From Eubacteriales bacterium (GTDB taxonomy: Bacteria; Bacillota; Clostridia; Oscillospirales; CAG-272), in assembly GCA_045587445.1 (NCBI GenBank), contig JAZNCH010000036.1:41490-105489 (forward strand): a stretch of DNA of 64,000 bases, read 5' to 3'. Below are positions 60,775 through 64,000 of this stretch, piece after piece. Made by a program: the position numbers and the translations under genes. The notes below the pieces were generated by a model. That model was not told the DNA's origin, ran no database searches, and saw only the letters and a program-made list of their open reading frames with translations. Each line of letters opens with the position of its first letter. The first letter of the stretch is position 1.

Positions 60775-62066
60775 AAATCGTTCCTTATTAAGTCTTCGTA
60801 GCTTTCTTTTGTTACTGCAATATATTTTTTATCCTTTGATACCATAACTACGGGCGGACGAGGAAGCTTGTTGTAGTTTGATGCCATAGAATAGTTGTAT
60901 GCACCGGTGCAAAGAACGGCGAGGGTATCGTTTCTTGCAGGATATGCAATCTTCGTATTTTCTGCGATAAGGTCTCCGCTTTCACAGCAACGTCCCGCAA
61001 TCGTACAAGTATAATCCGCATTATCTCCTGCTTTGTTTGCGAGTATACAGGTGTAGATTGATTGATAGAGTGCGTATCTCGGGTTGTCGGGCATACCGCC
61101 GTCGATTGATACGTATTTTTTAAATCCCGGAATCTCTTTTACACTGCCCACAGTGTAGAGCGTAAGTCCCGCCGCCGCAACGAGCGAACGGCCCGGTTCC
61201 ATAAGAATGATAGGCATTTTTATGCCGTTAGCCAATGCGTAGGTTTTAATCTTTTCAGCGATAGTATCAATATTTTTGCCGTAGTCGATAACAGGGTCTT
61301 CTTCGATATATCGAACACCCATACCGCCGCCAAGATTTAGTATTTTTGTTTCGTAACCCGTTTCGTCTTTTATCTGTTTTATGAATTTTATCATAATTTC
61401 AGCCGCATCGGTAAAGGGTTCACATTCAAATATCTGTGAGCCTATGTGGCAATGAAGACCGCAAAGGTCAATGTTAGAAAGAGAGAGTGCGTGCTTTACA
61501 ATAGCCATAGCTTGTCCGGTTTCAATGGCTGAGCCGAATTTAGAATCAACGCTGCCGGTAACGACTGCTTTGTGCGTATGGGGGTCGATTCCGGGGGTTA
61601 TGCGGAGGAGAATCTTTTGCTTAATATTTCTTTCTCCCGCTTGTCTGTTAACTTCAACGAGCTCTTCGTTATTATCGACAACAAAATAGCCCAACTTGCA
61701 GTTTATTGCAAATTCAATATCTTTTTCCGTTTTGTTGTTTCCGTGAAAGAAGACGTTTTCCATATCGAAACCTGCTTTGTAAGCGGTGTATAATTCTCCG
61801 CCCGAAACAACGTCGCAGCCGAGTCCTTCATCCTTTGCAATTTCATATATTTTCTTACAAGAAAATGCTTTGCTTGCATAGAGGGGCATACTGCCTTTTC
61901 CGAAATTTCTTTCAAGAGCTGTTCTGTATATTCTGCAGTTTTCTCTTATAAGATCCTCGTCCATAATATATACGGGAGTACCGTATTCTTTTGCAAGTTC
62001 TACTGTATCGTAGCCGCAAAAGGTAAGATGATTGTTTTCATTTTTTCCTAAGTTTTTGTGTAACAT
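60771..62066 (-). CDS. lysA: diaminopimelate decarboxylase
   Basis: YASKAF (PLP Lys), HCHIGSQ, GGGMGVRY, CESGD. Start moved to ATG 62066 (GAGGAT RBS). Confidence 0.9.
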   Translation of the reverse strand: MLHKNLGKNENNHLTFCGYDTVELAKEYGTPVYIMDEDLIRENCRIYRTALERNFGKGSMPLYASKAFSCKKIYEIAKDEGLGCDVVSGGELYTAYKAGFDMENVFFHGNNKTEKDIEFAINCKLGYFVVDNNEELVEVNRQAGERNIKQKILLRITPGIDPHTHKAVVTGSVDSKFGSAIETGQAMAIVKHALSLSNIDLCGLHCHIGSQIFECEPFTDAAEIMIKFIKQIKDETGYETKILNLGGGMGVRYIEEDPVIDYGKNIDTIAEKIKTYALANGIKMPIILMEPGRSLVAAAGLTLYTVGSVKEIPGFKKYVSIDGGMPDNPRYALYQSIYTCILANKAGDNADYTCTIAGRCCESGDLIAENTKIAYPARNDTLAVLCTGAYNYSMASNYNKLPRPPVVMVSKDKKYIAVTKESYEDLIRNDL

Positions 62067-62084
62067 AATTATCCTCAAACAGTT

Positions 62085-62696
62085 TTATTTAGACGTGTCG
62101 CAAAAATTCATTATTTGTGCCCATACGTCGTCTTTACCTTCGTTTTTTAATGAAGAAAAGGGGATTATGGGAGAATTTTCCTTTACAGAAGGGTGGTTTT
62201 TTATGAATTCAAGCATTTTGTTTCTGTCTGTTTTATTAGTTTTATCCGATTTTGTAACGACTATAAAATAGGGAATATTTACGGCATTGAGATAGTCAAG
62301 CATCATTATGTCATCGGAGGTAGGACCCGCTTTCATATCGATAAGCTGTGCTACAGCCTTGAGAGAGGTATCTCCCTCATTCCGTGCGGTAAAAAATCCG
62401 TCAGTAAGTGCTGACCATCTTTTTTTGTCCTCTGCACTTCGCTTTGCATAACCATAACCCGGAAGGTCAACAAGATAAAGCTTTTTGTCTACCGAGTAGA
62501 AGTTAACGGTAATAGTTTTACCGGGAGCAGAGCTGACTCGGGCAAGCTTTTTTCTGCCGAGCAGAGTGTTTATAAGCGAGCTTTTTCCGACATTTGACCT
62601 GCCTGAAAAAGCTATCTGCGGCATAGAGAACGCGGGGAACTGTTTTGTTGTTCCCGCAGTTATTTCAAGATTAGAGTTTTGAATATTTAATTTCAT
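62085..62696 (-). CDS. engB: ribosome biogenesis GTPase EngB/YsxC
   Basis: [12 protein letters not shown] (G1), DLPGYG (G3), TKSDK (G4). The lon-engB neighbourhood is typical. Confidence 0.9.
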   Translation of the reverse strand: MKLNIQNSNLEITAGTTKQFPAFSMPQIAFSGRSNVGKSSLINTLLGRKKLARVSSAPGKTITVNFYSVDKKLYLVDLPGYGYAKRSAEDKKRWSALTDGFFTARNEGDTSLKAVAQLIDMKAGPTSDDIMMLDYLNAVNIPYFIVVTKSDKTNKTDRNKMLEFIKNHPSVKENSPIIPFSSLKNEGKDDVWAQIMNFCDTSK

Positions 62697-64000
62697 ACCG
62701 ACCTCGTTGTGCGTGGTTTATTTTCGGGAATGTCCAAACAAGTCGTATTTTTAAGATTTTCAAGAACCGTGTTTTTGGAAATCTTTTCATTTGCAAATGC
62801 GTTTTTTATTACGTCGTCAAGAGTTGAACAAAGTATTATTTCAAGCCCATCTCTTGCATTTTTGTCAAGCTCTTCAAGGTCTTTTGCGTTATCGGCGGGA
62901 ATAAGTACCGTTTTTACCCCCGCTTTGTAAGCCGCCATAGTTTTTTCTCGAAGACCGCCTATTGCAAGAACTCTGCCGTGCAAAGTGATTTCGCCTGTCA
63001 TAGCAATATCGCGACGTACTTTTCTTTGCGTCAGTTCGCTGAGAAGAGCAGTTGTAAGAGAAACACCTGCCGAAGGACCGTCTTTTGGAACTGCACCCTC
63101 GGGTACGTGGATATGTATATCTTTAGTTTTATAAAAATCGGGGTCAACGCCCAAAGATTCACAGTTACTTCTGATATAACTTACAGCCGCTTTAGCTGAT
63201 TCTTTCATAATATCACCGAGCGAGCCTGTAAGTTCAATTTTACCGGTTCCGAGCATAGTGGTTGCCTCAATTCTTAAGAGGTCGCCGCCGACTGAAGTGT
63301 ATGCAAGTCCGTTTACCGTTCCTATTTCATCGTGCTCGTATATAGCATCGGGAATAACCTTTCTGCCGCCGAGATAATCGACGATGTTTTTATCGGTAAG
63401 TCGAATGGATGTAATACCGTCCTCGACGATTTTCTTTGCAGCTTTACGGCATACAGATGCTATTTCTCTTTCAAGATTACGGACGCCCGCTTCTCTGGTA
63501 TAAAAATCAGCAATTTCCAAAATTGCGCTGTCGTCAAAACGAAGCTGTTTTTTTGTAAGACCGTGTCTTTTAAGCTGTTTTGGGACAAGGTGATTTTTGG
63601 CAATTGACAACTTTTCCGTGCGCGTATATATCTGAAGTTCAATAACTTCCATTCTGTCGAGCAAAGGCTTAGGAATAGTGTCAAGCGTGTTTGCGGTTGC
63701 AATAAATACACATTCGGAAAGATCGAAAGGAAGTTCAATAAAATGGTCGCGGAAATTCTTGTTCTGTTCGCCGTCAAGCACTTCAAGAAGTGCGGAAGAG
63801 GGGTCTCCGTGACTGTCGCGTGTAAGTTTGTCTACCTCGTCAAGAAGAATAAGCGGATTACGCACCTTTGCCTGACTTATTGCATTTATAATTCTGCCGG
63901 GCATAGCGCCGACGTACGTTTTTCTGTGTCCTCTTATATCTGCCTCGTCTCTGATACCGCCGAGTGCAACGCGAACGTATTTACGGTTCATGGCCGTAGC
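62693..64000 (-). CDS. lon: Lon protease, C-terminal two-thirds; N-terminus lies right of the window
   Basis: Frame open to base 64000. AAA+ sensor region ([18 protein letters not shown]) and protease domain PKDGPSAG (catalytic Ser). Confidence 0.9.
   Translation of the reverse strand, partial: ATAMNRKYVRVALGGIRDEADIRGHRKTYVGAMPGRIINAISQAKVRNPLILLDEVDKLTRDSHGDPSSALLEVLDGEQNKNFRDHFIELPFDLSECVFIATANTLDTIPKPLLDRMEVIELQIYTRTEKLSIAKNHLVPKQLKRHGLTKKQLRFDDSAILEIADFYTREAGVRNLEREIASVCRKAAKKIVEDGITSIRLTDKNIVDYLGGRKVIPDAIYEHDEIGTVNGLAYTSVGGDLLRIEATTMLGTGKIELTGSLGDIMKESAKAAVSYIRSNCESLGVDPDFYKTKDIHIHVPEGAVPKDGPSAGVSLTTALLSELTQRKVRRDIAMTGEITLHGRVLAIGGLREKTMAAYKAGVKTVLIPADNAKDLEELDKNARDGLEIILCSTLDDVIKNAFANEKISKNTVLENLKNTTCLDIPENKPRTTRSV

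Overview
64-kb chromosomal segment of a low-GC, endospore-forming Firmicute (class Clostridia). The gene content and a cohesin-like surface protein suggest a Ruminococcaceae/Oscillospiraceae-type gut or rumen anaerobe, but that is inference only. I call about 57 protein genes, one tRNA-Thr(CGU) and one T-box leader. I saw no rRNA, CRISPR array, transposase, integrase or phage genes. Most genes are housekeeping (rnr, secG, RNase J, tex, proS, rsmA, GTP-PEPCK, and a long lon-engB-lysA-scpAB array). Sporulation genes are interleaved: a spoIIR/sigE/spoIIGA cluster, spo0A, ytfJ, a spoVAF-like gene and a DD-carboxypeptidase. Four things are most worth a second look. (1) A tyrosine-specifier (UAC) T-box controls an acyl-CoA ligase plus a Na+/solute symporter. 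It sits directly upstream of an iorAB-paaK-ACT-aminotransferase module, which together reads as a candidate aryl-acid to tyrosine salvage locus. (2) A 1589-aa secreted beta-helix-like protein with a cohesin-like N-terminus has a 490-aa membrane-anchored paralogue. It is followed by a co-transcribed 33-aa acidic, Trp-terminated peptide. (3) Several short dispersed intergenic repeat/hairpin families occur, including repeats on both sides of spo0A. (4) An orphan HprK-fold P-loop protein. Many sigma-A promoters match TTGACA-17-TGnTATAAT almost perfectly. All functional calls come from motif recognition by eye and recalled family signatures. No database or covariance-model search was run.
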